From an uncultured Anaerolineales bacterium (lineage in GTDB: Bacteria; Chloroflexota; Anaerolineae; B4-G1): a DNA stretch of 64,000 nt. A program made the position numbers and the translations under genes. Below the pieces are notes generated by a model that was not told where the DNA came from, did no database searches, and saw nothing but the letters and a program-made list of their open reading frames with translations. The stretch is from the NCBI GenBank assembly GCA_964542755.1, contig CAZIWL010000004.1, forward strand, positions 20,916 to 84,915, in the 5' to 3' direction. Below, one piece after another: positions 1 to 8,766 of this stretch (positions are counted from its first letter, which is position 1; each line of letters opens with the position of its first letter).

Positions 1-160
1 CGCCTACGATAAGGACTAGGTTAGAAAGCCCGAGGGTAGCGGCGAACACCGCATCGTAGATCACCCCGAATAGGCGCGAGAAGAGCACGATCAGGCCTTG
101 CAGCAGGAAGAGAAGGACTGCGGTGGCTTCGACCGAACGGAGATGACGGGGTTCAAGCAT
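1..160 (-). CDS. hypothetical membrane protein, N-terminal fragment (gene continues beyond window start)
   Basis: ATG at 160..158 overlaps the psuG stop in an ATGCTTGA start/stop arrangement. The translated N-terminus MLEPRHLRSVEATAVLLFLLQGLIVLFSRLFGVIYDAVFAATLGLSNLVLIVG is hydrophobic and TM-like, with no stop before the window edge. This ORF is not in the supplied track because it is under 60 aa inside the window. Confidence 0.3.
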   Translation of the reverse strand, partial: MLEPRHLRSVEATAVLLFLLQGLIVLFSRLFGVIYDAVFAATLGLSNLVLIVG

Positions 161-1085
161 GGCTCGTTATCTCAAGCATGGCCACGGCGACGCGGGCGGC
201 TATCCGGGCGTTGTTGACGAGCAAGGCTTCGTTCGCGTGGCGCGCCGCCCCGCCGGTCAAATCGACGATACGAGCCAGCAAGAAGGGAGTGAGGTCCTTG
301 CCTGTCACGCCCTCGGCCTCGGCGCCCTCAAGCGCCCGGGCGATGGCTCGCTCGGGTTCGTGGATCGGAAGCGCGGCCGGACCGGGCACGGGTACGCATA
401 CCAAAAGAGCTGCCGGGAGGTCGAGGCAGCTGCGGGCTGCGGCAAGGCGGGCGACTTGAAGAGGATCGCTCGCGGTGACGTCTACGGGCAAGTCCGAACG
501 CCGGCTGTAGAAGGCGGGAAACCAAGGGGTCTTGTAACCCACGATCGGCACGCCCTTCGTCTCTAAGACCTCCCGCGTACGGGGAAGGTCGAGGATGGCC
601 TTGGCCCCGGAGCAGACCACGACGATGGGCGTTCGAGCCAAAGCGGTCAGGTCCGCTGAGACGTCCTCGGGGTGATTCCGGTGGACGCCGCCAATGCCTC
701 CGGTGGCGAAGACGGTGATGCCGGCCAGGTGGGCTAGGTGCATCGTCGCCGCGACGGTAGTACCGCCGGTGAGGCCCTGCGTCAAGGCGGCGGGGAGGTC
801 GCGCAGGCTGAGCTTCGAGGGCTGTTCAGGAGAATCGCTGGATGTGGCAGCGGCTAGATGTTGGAGGTCGTCGTCCGATAGTCCCACCCGGGGCTGTCCT
901 TCGATGACGGCAATCGTGGCTGGGAAGGCTCCCTCATCCCGCACTGCCGACTCCATGCGGCGCACGACATGCAGGTTGGAGGGGTGGTCGAAGCCGTGAG
1001 TGATGAGAGCCGATTCGAGGGCTACGACGGCCTCTCTCCGCGCAAGGGCGTCGCGGACGGCCGGGAGGAGTGCAAAGGGAACCAC
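153..1085 (-). CDS. psuG: pseudouridine-5'-phosphate glycosidase (IndA/PsuG family)
   Basis: 310 aa. PsuG/IndA-like signature with a glycine-rich GITVFATGGIGGVHR segment and size typical of the family; N-terminal LESALITHGFDHPSN matches the conserved PsuG N-terminus. Confidence 0.85.
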   Translation of the reverse strand: MVPFALLPAVRDALARREAVVALESALITHGFDHPSNLHVVRRMESAVRDEGAFPATIAVIEGQPRVGLSDDDLQHLAAATSSDSPEQPSKLSLRDLPAALTQGLTGGTTVAATMHLAHLAGITVFATGGIGGVHRNHPEDVSADLTALARTPIVVVCSGAKAILDLPRTREVLETKGVPIVGYKTPWFPAFYSRRSDLPVDVTASDPLQVARLAAARSCLDLPAALLVCVPVPGPAALPIHEPERAIARALEGAEAEGVTGKDLTPFLLARIVDLTGGAARHANEALLVNNARIAARVAVAMLEITSHA

Positions 1086-1093
1086 AGGTGGAA

Positions 1094-2281
1094 CTAGTCC
1101 AGAAGACTCGCCGCCAGCCGGGCATAGACGGAGGCGGCGGCATAGACGTCTTCAACGCGGACGTGCTCGTCAGCGGTGTGAGCGAGCTCCTCCTGGCCCG
1201 GGCCGAAGCCAACGGTGGGGATGTTAGCTTGCCCGGCCGTATAAACGCCCTCGGTCGAGAAGCCCCACCGTGTGACCTGAGGTCGGCGCTTCAGCTGCGC
1301 ATGAGCGGCCTGGACGGTCACCTGGACGAGTGGGTGGTCTGCAGCAATGACCCAGGCGGGATAGAACTCGCGGGTCGTGCATTCGTACCCCGTGTGGCTC
1401 GTGGTCTGATATCCTGTCACTTCAACGTCAGCATCGACGCCCTCTCTAGCGATGACACGCTGTACCTCGGATACCGCCTTGGTCTCGTTTTCGCCGAGCG
1501 TGAGACGACGGTCAATGATGAGCGTGCAGCGGTCAGGAACGGCGTTGCGGCTCCCCGCACAGGACGAGATCTCGGTGACGGCGAGGGTACCGGGGCCCAG
1601 GAAGTCGTCCTGGCCCAGCTGCTCGGCCAACAGCTCCAGCCCAAAGACGAGGCGGGAGGCGATGTAGATCGCGTTCTCGCCCAGCTGCGGGCTGGCGGCG
1701 TGGGCCGACTTCCCGTGGGCCACGACGCGCATCTCCAGGCGCCCCCGTTGCCCACGGCTGACATTGAGGTTGGTCGGTTCGCCCAGGACCACCCAGTCGG
1801 GCGTGATGTCGCTCTCCTCCACCAGCGTACGGGTTCCCAATCCCTCGCAGGTCTCCTCCTGGACCACACACGCCACGACAACATTCCCCCTCAAGGCCGT
1901 GTCCGACTCCGCGAGGAGCTTTGCGCCGTAGACCATCGCCGCCAGACCACTCTTCATATCGCAGGACCCAAGGCCGTAGAGCGTCCCGTTCTCGATGTCG
2001 GCCCCAAACGGGTCGCGGTTCCACGTAGCCTCGGCACTGACTCGGATCGTATCCATGTGAGCGTTGAGCATCAGCGTCGGCCCCTCTGCTGGGCCGACCC
2101 GACCGACGACGTTGCCGATGGCGTCGACACGGACATCATCAAATGCGAGATCCTTCATCTCACGGACGATGCGCTCCGCCACAGCACCCTCCTCGCACGA
2201 AGGGCTGGGTGTACGGATCAGGTCCCTGACGAAGGTCAACAGAGCAGCTCGTTGGCGGGAGGAGAGTTGGAATGGTCTCAT
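1094..2281 (-). CDS. M20 family metallopeptidase / ArgE-DapE-like deacylase
   Basis: 395 aa. Has the HMDTI metal-binding motif, the GLGSCDMKSG dimetal motif typical of M20 ArgE/DapE/YgeY-like enzymes, and C-terminal GFGPG...AHTADE. Confidence 0.8.
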   Translation of the reverse strand: MRPFQLSSRQRAALLTFVRDLIRTPSPSCEEGAVAERIVREMKDLAFDDVRVDAIGNVVGRVGPAEGPTLMLNAHMDTIRVSAEATWNRDPFGADIENGTLYGLGSCDMKSGLAAMVYGAKLLAESDTALRGNVVVACVVQEETCEGLGTRTLVEESDITPDWVVLGEPTNLNVSRGQRGRLEMRVVAHGKSAHAASPQLGENAIYIASRLVFGLELLAEQLGQDDFLGPGTLAVTEISSCAGSRNAVPDRCTLIIDRRLTLGENETKAVSEVQRVIAREGVDADVEVTGYQTTSHTGYECTTREFYPAWVIAADHPLVQVTVQAAHAQLKRRPQVTRWGFSTEGVYTAGQANIPTVGFGPGQEELAHTADEHVRVEDVYAAASVYARLAASLLD

Positions 2282-2435
2282 AGCTCAATCTCTAGGCTGG
2301 ATCTTGGGTTTGGTGTGTAGCCAGATGATACTACGAGTTGGGGCGAGAGACAAGCGACGGCGGACACACAACGTGTCCACGCCCCCTCGTCATTGAGCGT
2401 CGGCCGAGGCGCCGTCGGAGTTTCGGCATACTAGC

Positions 2436-2463
2436 TTGACACAGGCTGCTGCTGTGCTATCAT
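2436..2463 (+). promoter_or_regulatory. putative sigma70-type promoter for rnj (TTGACA-N16-TATCAT)
   Basis: TTGACA at 2436-2441 and TATCAT at 2458-2463, about 170 nt upstream of the rnj start. The leader contains the imperfect hairpin ATGAAGTGCGC...GCGCTTCAT and a T6 run. Confidence 0.4.
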
Positions 2464-2631
2464 AGTTGTCGTTGGTTGCGGAATGCAAACTGTAGCGATT
2501 GATTTCAAATGCACCACCGGCCCCCGGTGTGGACGTCGTATGAAGTGCGCTATGGTCGCGCTTCATGGTCGAGGCTGCACTCGGGAGGTCGGACGGTGCT
2601 TTTTTCGTAGATATGGATAGAACAGAGGAGT

Positions 2632-4290
2632 ATGAGGATGAATGACCACTTGAGAATCGTGCCCCTGGGAGGACTTGGGGAAGTTGGAAAGAACATGATG
2701 AGCATCGAGTACGGTGGGGAGATCCTGATCATCGACGTGGGAATGATGTTCCCCATGACGGGGATGCTGGGCATTGACTATATCCTGCCCGACTGGAGTT
2801 ACCTGCGCGATAAGAAAGATCAGGTCCGGGCCGCGATCATCACCCACGGGCATATGGACCACATTGGGGCACTGTCTCACTTCCTGGAGGAGTTCAATGT
2901 GCCGATCTACGCCACACGCCTGACGCGTGGGCTGATTGAGGTCCAGCTCCAGCAGCGGGACATGCTGAAGCACGCGACGGTTCATACGATGTCGCCGCGT
3001 GACGAGCTTGAGATTGGTCCCTTCACTGTCGAGCCTTACCACGTCTGTCACTCGATTCCAGATACGGTAGGTCTGGGTATCACCACCCCTGAGGGATTGA
3101 TCGTGCACAGCGGGGACTTCAAGTTTGACCATACGCCGGTGGACGGCTGGCCGACGGACTACGCCAAGTTGGCGGACTTCACCGGGCGCGGCGTGTTGGT
3201 GCTCCTATCGGACAGCACCAACGCGGATACACCAGGGCGGACTTCGTCCGAGGCTGCCCTTTACGACGCCTTCCATCAGATCATGCGCGAGGCACCGGGT
3301 CGACTTATTGTGGCCACCTTCGCCTCGCTGATCTCACGAGTCCAGCAGATTGTTGACGTCGCCGCGCAGCATAACCGAAAGATCGCCGTGGCCGGCAGGA
3401 GCATGGTGAACAACACCGCCATGGCCCGCGAGCTCGGCTACCTGGACATCCCGGACGATATGATCGTGCGCCTTCATGAGGTGGATAACGTGCCGCCTGA
3501 TGAGCTGGTGATCATGGCCACGGGGGCACAGGGGGAGCCTATGGCGGTGCTGAACCGCCTGGCGACCGGTCGCCACCACACCTTGAGGATTCAGCCGGAC
3601 GACACGGTCGTGCTATCGTCGCACACGATCCCTGGCAACGAGGAGATGATCCACGAAGTGATCAACCGCCTGTTCCAGAGGGGCGCCGACGTCTACTACG
3701 ACCCGGTCGCGGACGTTCACGTCTCGGGCCACGCCAGCCAGGAGGAACAGAAGACGCTGATCAATCTGCTCCAGCCCCGATACTTCGTGCCGATCCACGG
3801 TGAATTACGCCACATGAAGCAGCACGCGAAGCTTGCAAGGGAGGTCGGCATTCCCGAGGAGAATATCGCCGCGGTCGAGAATGGTTTCACGCTCAGCTTC
3901 AAGAACGGCCAGATGACCATTGGGGAGCGCGTGCCCGGCGGGTACGTCTACGTGGACGGCACGCTGGTGGGCGAGATTGGACCTCGCGTGATGCGTCAGC
4001 GCGGCGAGCTTGGAGAGGCCGGGTTTGTGACAGCGGTGATTCCCTTCAATCCGCGGACGGGGCGCCCCAGCGGACACCCACGCATCATCACCCGAGGCTT
4101 TGTGTTCAAGCCGGAGGCCGAGGATTTGCTGACGAGGGCGCAGGACGTGGTCCGGTCAGCGGCGATGGTGAGCCCGGGGACCAAGCCGGCAGATGTAGAG
4201 CAGAACATCGAGCGAGCCCTCTCGAATTTCCTCCACCGGGAGACGAGGCGCGATCCGGTGGTGACGGCCGCTGTGGTGGAGATGACGTAA
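2632..4290 (+). CDS. rnj: ribonuclease J (metallo-beta-lactamase / beta-CASP RNase)
   Basis: 552 aa. N-terminus IVPLGGLGEVGKNMMSIEYGGEILIIDVGMMFP, the HGHMDHIGAL (HxHxDH) motif and a beta-CASP region; length and order are typical of RNase J. The RBS GAGGAG precedes the ATG. Confidence 0.9.
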   Translation: MRMNDHLRIVPLGGLGEVGKNMMSIEYGGEILIIDVGMMFPMTGMLGIDYILPDWSYLRDKKDQVRAAIITHGHMDHIGALSHFLEEFNVPIYATRLTRGLIEVQLQQRDMLKHATVHTMSPRDELEIGPFTVEPYHVCHSIPDTVGLGITTPEGLIVHSGDFKFDHTPVDGWPTDYAKLADFTGRGVLVLLSDSTNADTPGRTSSEAALYDAFHQIMREAPGRLIVATFASLISRVQQIVDVAAQHNRKIAVAGRSMVNNTAMARELGYLDIPDDMIVRLHEVDNVPPDELVIMATGAQGEPMAVLNRLATGRHHTLRIQPDDTVVLSSHTIPGNEEMIHEVINRLFQRGADVYYDPVADVHVSGHASQEEQKTLINLLQPRYFVPIHGELRHMKQHAKLAREVGIPEENIAAVENGFTLSFKNGQMTIGERVPGGYVYVDGTLVGEIGPRVMRQRGELGEAGFVTAVIPFNPRTGRPSGHPRIITRGFVFKPEAEDLLTRAQDVVRSAAMVSPGTKPADVEQNIERALSNFLHRETRRDPVVTAAVVEMT

Positions 4291-4311
4291 CGTTCATCCT
4301 GGGCTAAGTCC

Positions 4312-5142
4312 GTGTTGACAGAAGGGCAAAGTGAGAAGGCTGACCGCCTGCGTCAGTTGATCCAGCGGTTCGAACGGGTTGCCGTCGCCTTCTCGGGCGG
4401 GGTCGACAGCACGCTGCTGCTGGCGGCGTGCCTGGAAGTGTTGGGCTCGGAGAACGTCCTGGCGCTGTCGGTGACGTCCACGCTGGTGCCGGTGGCGGAA
4501 AGCGAGCGAGCTGTCGAGCTTGCTGCACGGCTCGGTACGGAGCACCGCGTGGTGCCCTTTCGGGCTTTGGAGCTGCCAGGGGTGGTCGCTAACCAGCCGG
4601 ACCGCTGCTATCACTGCAAGAAGGCCCTCCTATCGAAGCTGCTCACGATCGCAGAGGGCGAGGGGTACAGTGTTCTCCTGCGGGGCGCGAACGCCGACGA
4701 TAAGGGTGACTTCCGGCCCGGGATGCGGGCCGGGGTCGAGCTTGGCGTTCGTGCGCCGCTTCTGGAGGCTGGTCTGACGAAGGTTGACGTCCGAGCTCTA
4801 TCAAGGGCGATGGATCTACCGACCTGGGATCTTCCCTCGATGGCGTGTCTTGCCTCGCGCATGCCCTATGGGGTGCCGCTCACCGCGCAGGCGCTTAGGC
4901 GCGTCGAAGCTGCCGAGTCGGTGCTGCGGGATCGCTTCGTCTTGGGACAGCTCCGGGTCCGTGATCACTTTCCGATAGCGAGAATCGAGATTCCCGGCAA
5001 AGACATCGACCGGGTGAGCCGGAGCCCCGTCCGGGAAAACGTGGTCCAGGCGCTTCAGGCGCTGGGCTACCGCTACGTGACCCTCGATCTGGAGGGATTC
5101 CGGAGCGGCAGCTTGAACGAGGTGTTGAACCAGAAGGCCTGA
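4312..5142 (+). CDS. larE: PP-loop ATP pyrophosphatase, LarE-family ATP-dependent sacrificial sulfur transferase-like (TIGR00268)
   Basis: 276 aa. The PP-loop AFSGGVDST near the N-terminus and a conserved Cys in the ACLASRMPYG context match the LarE sulfur-donor Cys. There are no larA/B/C neighbours, so the physiological role is uncertain. Confidence 0.65.
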   Translation: MLTEGQSEKADRLRQLIQRFERVAVAFSGGVDSTLLLAACLEVLGSENVLALSVTSTLVPVAESERAVELAARLGTEHRVVPFRALELPGVVANQPDRCYHCKKALLSKLLTIAEGEGYSVLLRGANADDKGDFRPGMRAGVELGVRAPLLEAGLTKVDVRALSRAMDLPTWDLPSMACLASRMPYGVPLTAQALRRVEAAESVLRDRFVLGQLRVRDHFPIARIEIPGKDIDRVSRSPVRENVVQALQALGYRYVTLDLEGFRSGSLNEVLNQKA

Positions 5143-5605
5143 TAGGCGCTCGGCCGGGCTGCCCCGTCGGGCGCATGGGATGCGCTTGCTGCGGATCGCA
5201 CGGTGAACTCATGTAGGTCCGGCGTCCGGGGCTCCGTATTTGCTTGGAGGCACGGGGTCCGCTTGGACTGTGTGCAGTCCACAATGGATGGTCGCCGCAG
5301 GCATGGGGAGCCACCAAGGCGTTGACCATCCTCATAGGGTTCTATCCGTCTCTTCCCCAGTTATCTTCTGGTCCGCCTGTTCTACCCACGCCTTGGCACC
5401 CTGCCCAAACGGCCGCGCTATCGATTGGGATCGGAGAGTCGCGCCGAGGAGCCGATAGGACGTCCACCTGCCGGGTGACAGTGAACACGCCCCGTGCCTT
5501 GCTGGACGCCTGGCTTTTCTCTCCGTACCCGCCGCGACTGCAGACAGTTGGATGTCAAGGGCCGGCGCGTCTCTCTTCGGCTTATCTCCAGACACCGTCG
5601 AAGGA

Positions 5606-6295
5606 TCAGTCAAGCATGGCCTTAGCTCGTAGGCCTTCACGATCCAGGAGACGAATCTCGTCCCGATCTACTTCGATGAGTCCCTCGCGGGCAAGCTTAT
5701 GGAGCGCCCGGTTCAGGACGTCGACCACGGTGCCAAGTCGTGCGGCGATCTCCGCCTGGGTGGCCCACGGACGGCGCCGCAGGGTCTTACCCTCGGCCTG
5801 ATCTAAGAGGCGTCGCGCCAGTCGAGCCTCCACGGTCCTCAGAGAGAGATCCTCCACTATTGAGACGAGGTGGAGGACCCGTTGAGCGAGGCTTTCCATG
5901 ACCCGACGCGCCAGCATAGGATAGTCGTCCAGGAGGTGACGGATGGTGCGGCGGTCGATCAGCCAGAGCGTGGAGGACTCCAGGGCGATAGCGGTGGCCG
6001 GGTTCCGATCACCGGCGAAGACGCCCACTTCGTTGATCACCTCTCCCGGTCCAATGAAGCGGAGCACCTGCTCGCGGCCGTCGGTTGAGGTCCGAACGGC
6101 CTTGAGCCAGCCGTCCTGGACGAGGTAGAGGCCGGGACTTGGCTCGCCCTCGAAGAAGACGATGTCGTCCGCCTGATAGGCGCGGCGCACAGCGGCATTT
6201 GCCACCACGTCCAGGAGGTCGGAAGGCAGGTCAGTGAAGTATGAAACGGATGAGAATACCTGGTCGGGTGTGGACTGGTTCGTCGTTTCGGGCAT
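5606..6295 (-). CDS. Crp/Fnr family transcriptional regulator
   Basis: 229 aa. An N-terminal cNMP-binding beta-barrel (FFEGEPSPGLYLVQDGWLK, GPGEVINEVGVF) and a C-terminal HTH (ATQAEIAARLGTVVDVLNRALHKL). Confidence 0.85.
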   Translation of the reverse strand: MPETTNQSTPDQVFSSVSYFTDLPSDLLDVVANAAVRRAYQADDIVFFEGEPSPGLYLVQDGWLKAVRTSTDGREQVLRFIGPGEVINEVGVFAGDRNPATAIALESSTLWLIDRRTIRHLLDDYPMLARRVMESLAQRVLHLVSIVEDLSLRTVEARLARRLLDQAEGKTLRRRPWATQAEIAARLGTVVDVLNRALHKLAREGLIEVDRDEIRLLDREGLRAKAMLD

Positions 6296-6479
6296 CGGCT
6301 CTCCTATGAGTTAGCGAGCACGGCAGACGACATGGAGCCGGTCTGGCGCCGTGATCCGCTAGCCGAGTTACGCTTGTGCCTGCGGGAAGTCTGGCCCCAG
6401 GGGTCTGGGGAGCCGACGGAGCCTCGGGTTTGGGGCAAGGGGGGCTGCTCCTTGGAGGTCCAGGCACCCGACGGCGGTA

Positions 6480-8168
6480 TCACTCGGCTGCGTCCTGCGC
6501 ATCGGCGAGCAGTCCCAGCTGCTCCAAAGCCTCGATCATCTCTGGCCAATCGCCGCGGCGGACGACCACCGCTGTGGGACTGATGCGCTCCTCTACCAGA
6601 TGCGCCACGCGCCCCGACGCTAGGGCCCGCTCCATGATGGCTTCGTTGGTCGTTCTAAGGAGCACGGCCTGGTGCAAGCTCGCCTCCGTACCGCGTTCGT
6701 CCCACTGGGTCAGGGCTTCCCTCATATGGCGGGGCACGGGTCCCTGAAGGTGGTCCTCCAGGAATGTCAGCACGCGGGGGATGGTGATACGCTGTTCTTT
6801 GGCCCGCTGGAGAGATGCTGGGGTGAGCCGGTAGCGGTACCGTTCACCACTGTCGAGCCATTCGGCCACGCGGCCGACCTGGAAGCGCTCATACCTGCGT
6901 CCGATGGGCACCAGTAGCTGGAAGCCCGAGCGCAGGCGGATGGTCGGCGGCTCGGTAGGGACGGGCTGCTCCCTGAGACCTAGGATAGCCGCTCCTGCAT
7001 CGCTTAGGCGGAAGGCGCGGGGGGACTGACCGGGCTTTTCTGTACCAAGGTCGATGAGGCCCAGCCAGAACAAGGGCCCGGTGAGCAGGTACCGAATCAG
7101 TCGACCCTCGACTGCGTCCCAGCTCTCGAATCCTGACAAGTATGCGCCCGTGACGTCGTCCTTGATGTACCATGTCTCATAGTCCCCCGTCGGACGCTGG
7201 AAGTCTGGATCGACCCGCTTGATCTCTCCGACAAAGCGCTCGATCTCGAGCCAGGACGTGGGCGTGCAGGTGGCGAGATGCGCTAGGATTGCCTCGCGGG
7301 CGAGAAGTGGGTCGTTCCGCCACGCTCCCGTATCCTCAGGCTGCAAGGTAGGGACGTGAAAGAGATCGTTCCACGTCGGATCGTCCCGCCAACTCACGTA
7401 CATGAGCCGTCGCTGTTCGTTGGGCTGACTGGTGAGCCACTCAGTGACTGCGTCGGGTACCAGGCTGGCCCTTCTGGCATTTTGATCGGTGACCCAGCCG
7501 ATCCGACTGGCGAGGTGGCGGAGGAAGTGGAATCGATCTCGAGTCTGGTGCAACAAACGCGGCAACAGCTGCTTGTTGTGCCGGGCGGACCACGTTCCTT
7601 CAGACGAGTAAGCTGGTTGATGGTTGTGGACGTACGACAGGAATGTACAGGCATCTTCGAGGAGCTCGGCCCCCGCCGAATTGACGATGGGAGGAGGCGA
7701 AGCGGGGTCTAGCGAGAGGGCCGCCGTATCCTCCGCCGGCGCCGGGAGAAGGTCTAGGATCTCCGCAGGAATGGCGACGGCCTCGTAGGCCCCATCAGAC
7801 CCCTCGGCGAAGGTCTTGAAGAGGAAGCCGCTGTACCAAAGGGCCTCGGCAGGGGAGACAGGGTTCTCCCAGGGGTGCTCCCTATCCATGCGGCCCGGTC
7901 CCATCACGCGGATGTCTCCCCATTGACGGGCGAAGACGCGCTGCGGCAGCGTGCCTCCGCCGGCGGCGACAGTGCGCAGGGCTTCGCGCTGGTCGTTGGT
8001 CAGCTTTGCTCGGGCTGCGGCGACGGCCTCGGGAGAGGGCATCGCCTCTGCCAATTGTAACGCCATCTCACGGCGGCGGTGGCTCGTCAGAGGAATCTCC
8101 CAGAACTTGGCAATGACGTCCAGACGCAGCCGCTCTGTGTCCAGCAGGCTCTGTTGGAGTACAGGCAT
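6480..8168 (-). CDS. hypothetical protein (562 aa, no recognisable catalytic motif)
   Basis: Long ORF with coding-like composition, no Walker motifs and no TM segments. It reads as mixed alpha/beta with possible winged-helix-like segments (RYRYRLTPASLQRAKEQRITIPRVLTFLEDH). Confidence 0.55.
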   Translation of the reverse strand: MPVLQQSLLDTERLRLDVIAKFWEIPLTSHRRREMALQLAEAMPSPEAVAAARAKLTNDQREALRTVAAGGGTLPQRVFARQWGDIRVMGPGRMDREHPWENPVSPAEALWYSGFLFKTFAEGSDGAYEAVAIPAEILDLLPAPAEDTAALSLDPASPPPIVNSAGAELLEDACTFLSYVHNHQPAYSSEGTWSARHNKQLLPRLLHQTRDRFHFLRHLASRIGWVTDQNARRASLVPDAVTEWLTSQPNEQRRLMYVSWRDDPTWNDLFHVPTLQPEDTGAWRNDPLLAREAILAHLATCTPTSWLEIERFVGEIKRVDPDFQRPTGDYETWYIKDDVTGAYLSGFESWDAVEGRLIRYLLTGPLFWLGLIDLGTEKPGQSPRAFRLSDAGAAILGLREQPVPTEPPTIRLRSGFQLLVPIGRRYERFQVGRVAEWLDSGERYRYRLTPASLQRAKEQRITIPRVLTFLEDHLQGPVPRHMREALTQWDERGTEASLHQAVLLRTTNEAIMERALASGRVAHLVEERISPTAVVVRRGDWPEMIEALEQLGLLADAQDAAE

Positions 8169-8223
8169 GGTTCAGACATTATATACGGAGGGCGAGAGAA
8201 GGAACAGACGGTTCTCGTTATGG

Positions 8224-8251
8224 TTGCCGTTTGATGTGCGAGGGCTATAAT
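8224..8251 (+). promoter_or_regulatory. putative promoter (TTGCCG-N16-TATAAT) upstream of the DUF1232 gene
   Basis: TATAAT at 8246-8251 with a weak -35 at 8224-8229. A 15-bp tandem duplication follows immediately. Confidence 0.3.
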
Positions 8252-8281
8252 CTGGTGGGCATGGTCCTGGTGGGCATGGTC
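8252..8281. repeat. perfect 15-bp tandem duplication CTGGTGGGCATGGTC x2
   Basis: Read directly: 8252-8266 and 8267-8281 are identical. They lie between the -10 element and the DUF1232 start, in a divergent promoter region. Confidence 0.8.
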
Positions 8282-8310
8282 GCTGTTTGTTGAAGGTGAG
8301 GTGTGGTGCG

Positions 8311-8739
8311 ATGAATGAGGATCGACGGTCGATGGAAACGCAGCGAGAGGAAGAGGCGACGGTTCTGACCTGGCTCCGGGAAGGACTGCGGGATTTTCGA
8401 CTGGCCTGGCGTCTGTTCGTGGACAACCGGGTCCCCTTGTGGACCAAGATCGTCCCGCCGGCGGCCCTGGCCTACGTCTTGTCTCCGATCGACATCCTGC
8501 CGGATTTTCCCCCGATGGGGCTCAATCAGGTCGATGACCTGGCAGTGGTCATCCTGGGCGTGAAGCTATTCATCGAATTGGCGCCTCCAGAGGTGGTCCG
8601 CGAACACCTGGAGAAGCTGGGTGCACGGATTGAGGAATGGCGTGTGGTGGACGAGGACGAAGGTCCCGTGGTGGAGGGTCACTACGAGATTCGAGCGCCC
8701 AAACGTGATGACGGGAAGGGCACGCGGGCTGTGGACTAG
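8311..8739 (+). CDS. DUF1232 (YkvA-like) membrane protein
   Basis: Has the DUF1232 motif SPIDILPDFPPMGLNQVDDLAVVILGVKLF. The start is chosen at ATG 8311, preceded by GGTGAGGTG; the ORF track starts at TTG 8287. Confidence 0.7.
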   Translation: MNEDRRSMETQREEEATVLTWLREGLRDFRLAWRLFVDNRVPLWTKIVPPAALAYVLSPIDILPDFPPMGLNQVDDLAVVILGVKLFIELAPPEVVREHLEKLGARIEEWRVVDEDEGPVVEGHYEIRAPKRDDGKGTRAVD

Positions 8740-8766
8740 ATTGAGCGGCCGCGCTGGCTGCTCAAC

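Noticed and set aside
1070-2320. 416-aa plus-strand ORF opposite the M20 peptidase gene
   Set aside because: Antisense shadow ORF typical of high-GC DNA. Low-complexity, Arg/Gly-rich translation with no motifs, while the minus-strand frame has clear M20 peptidase motifs.
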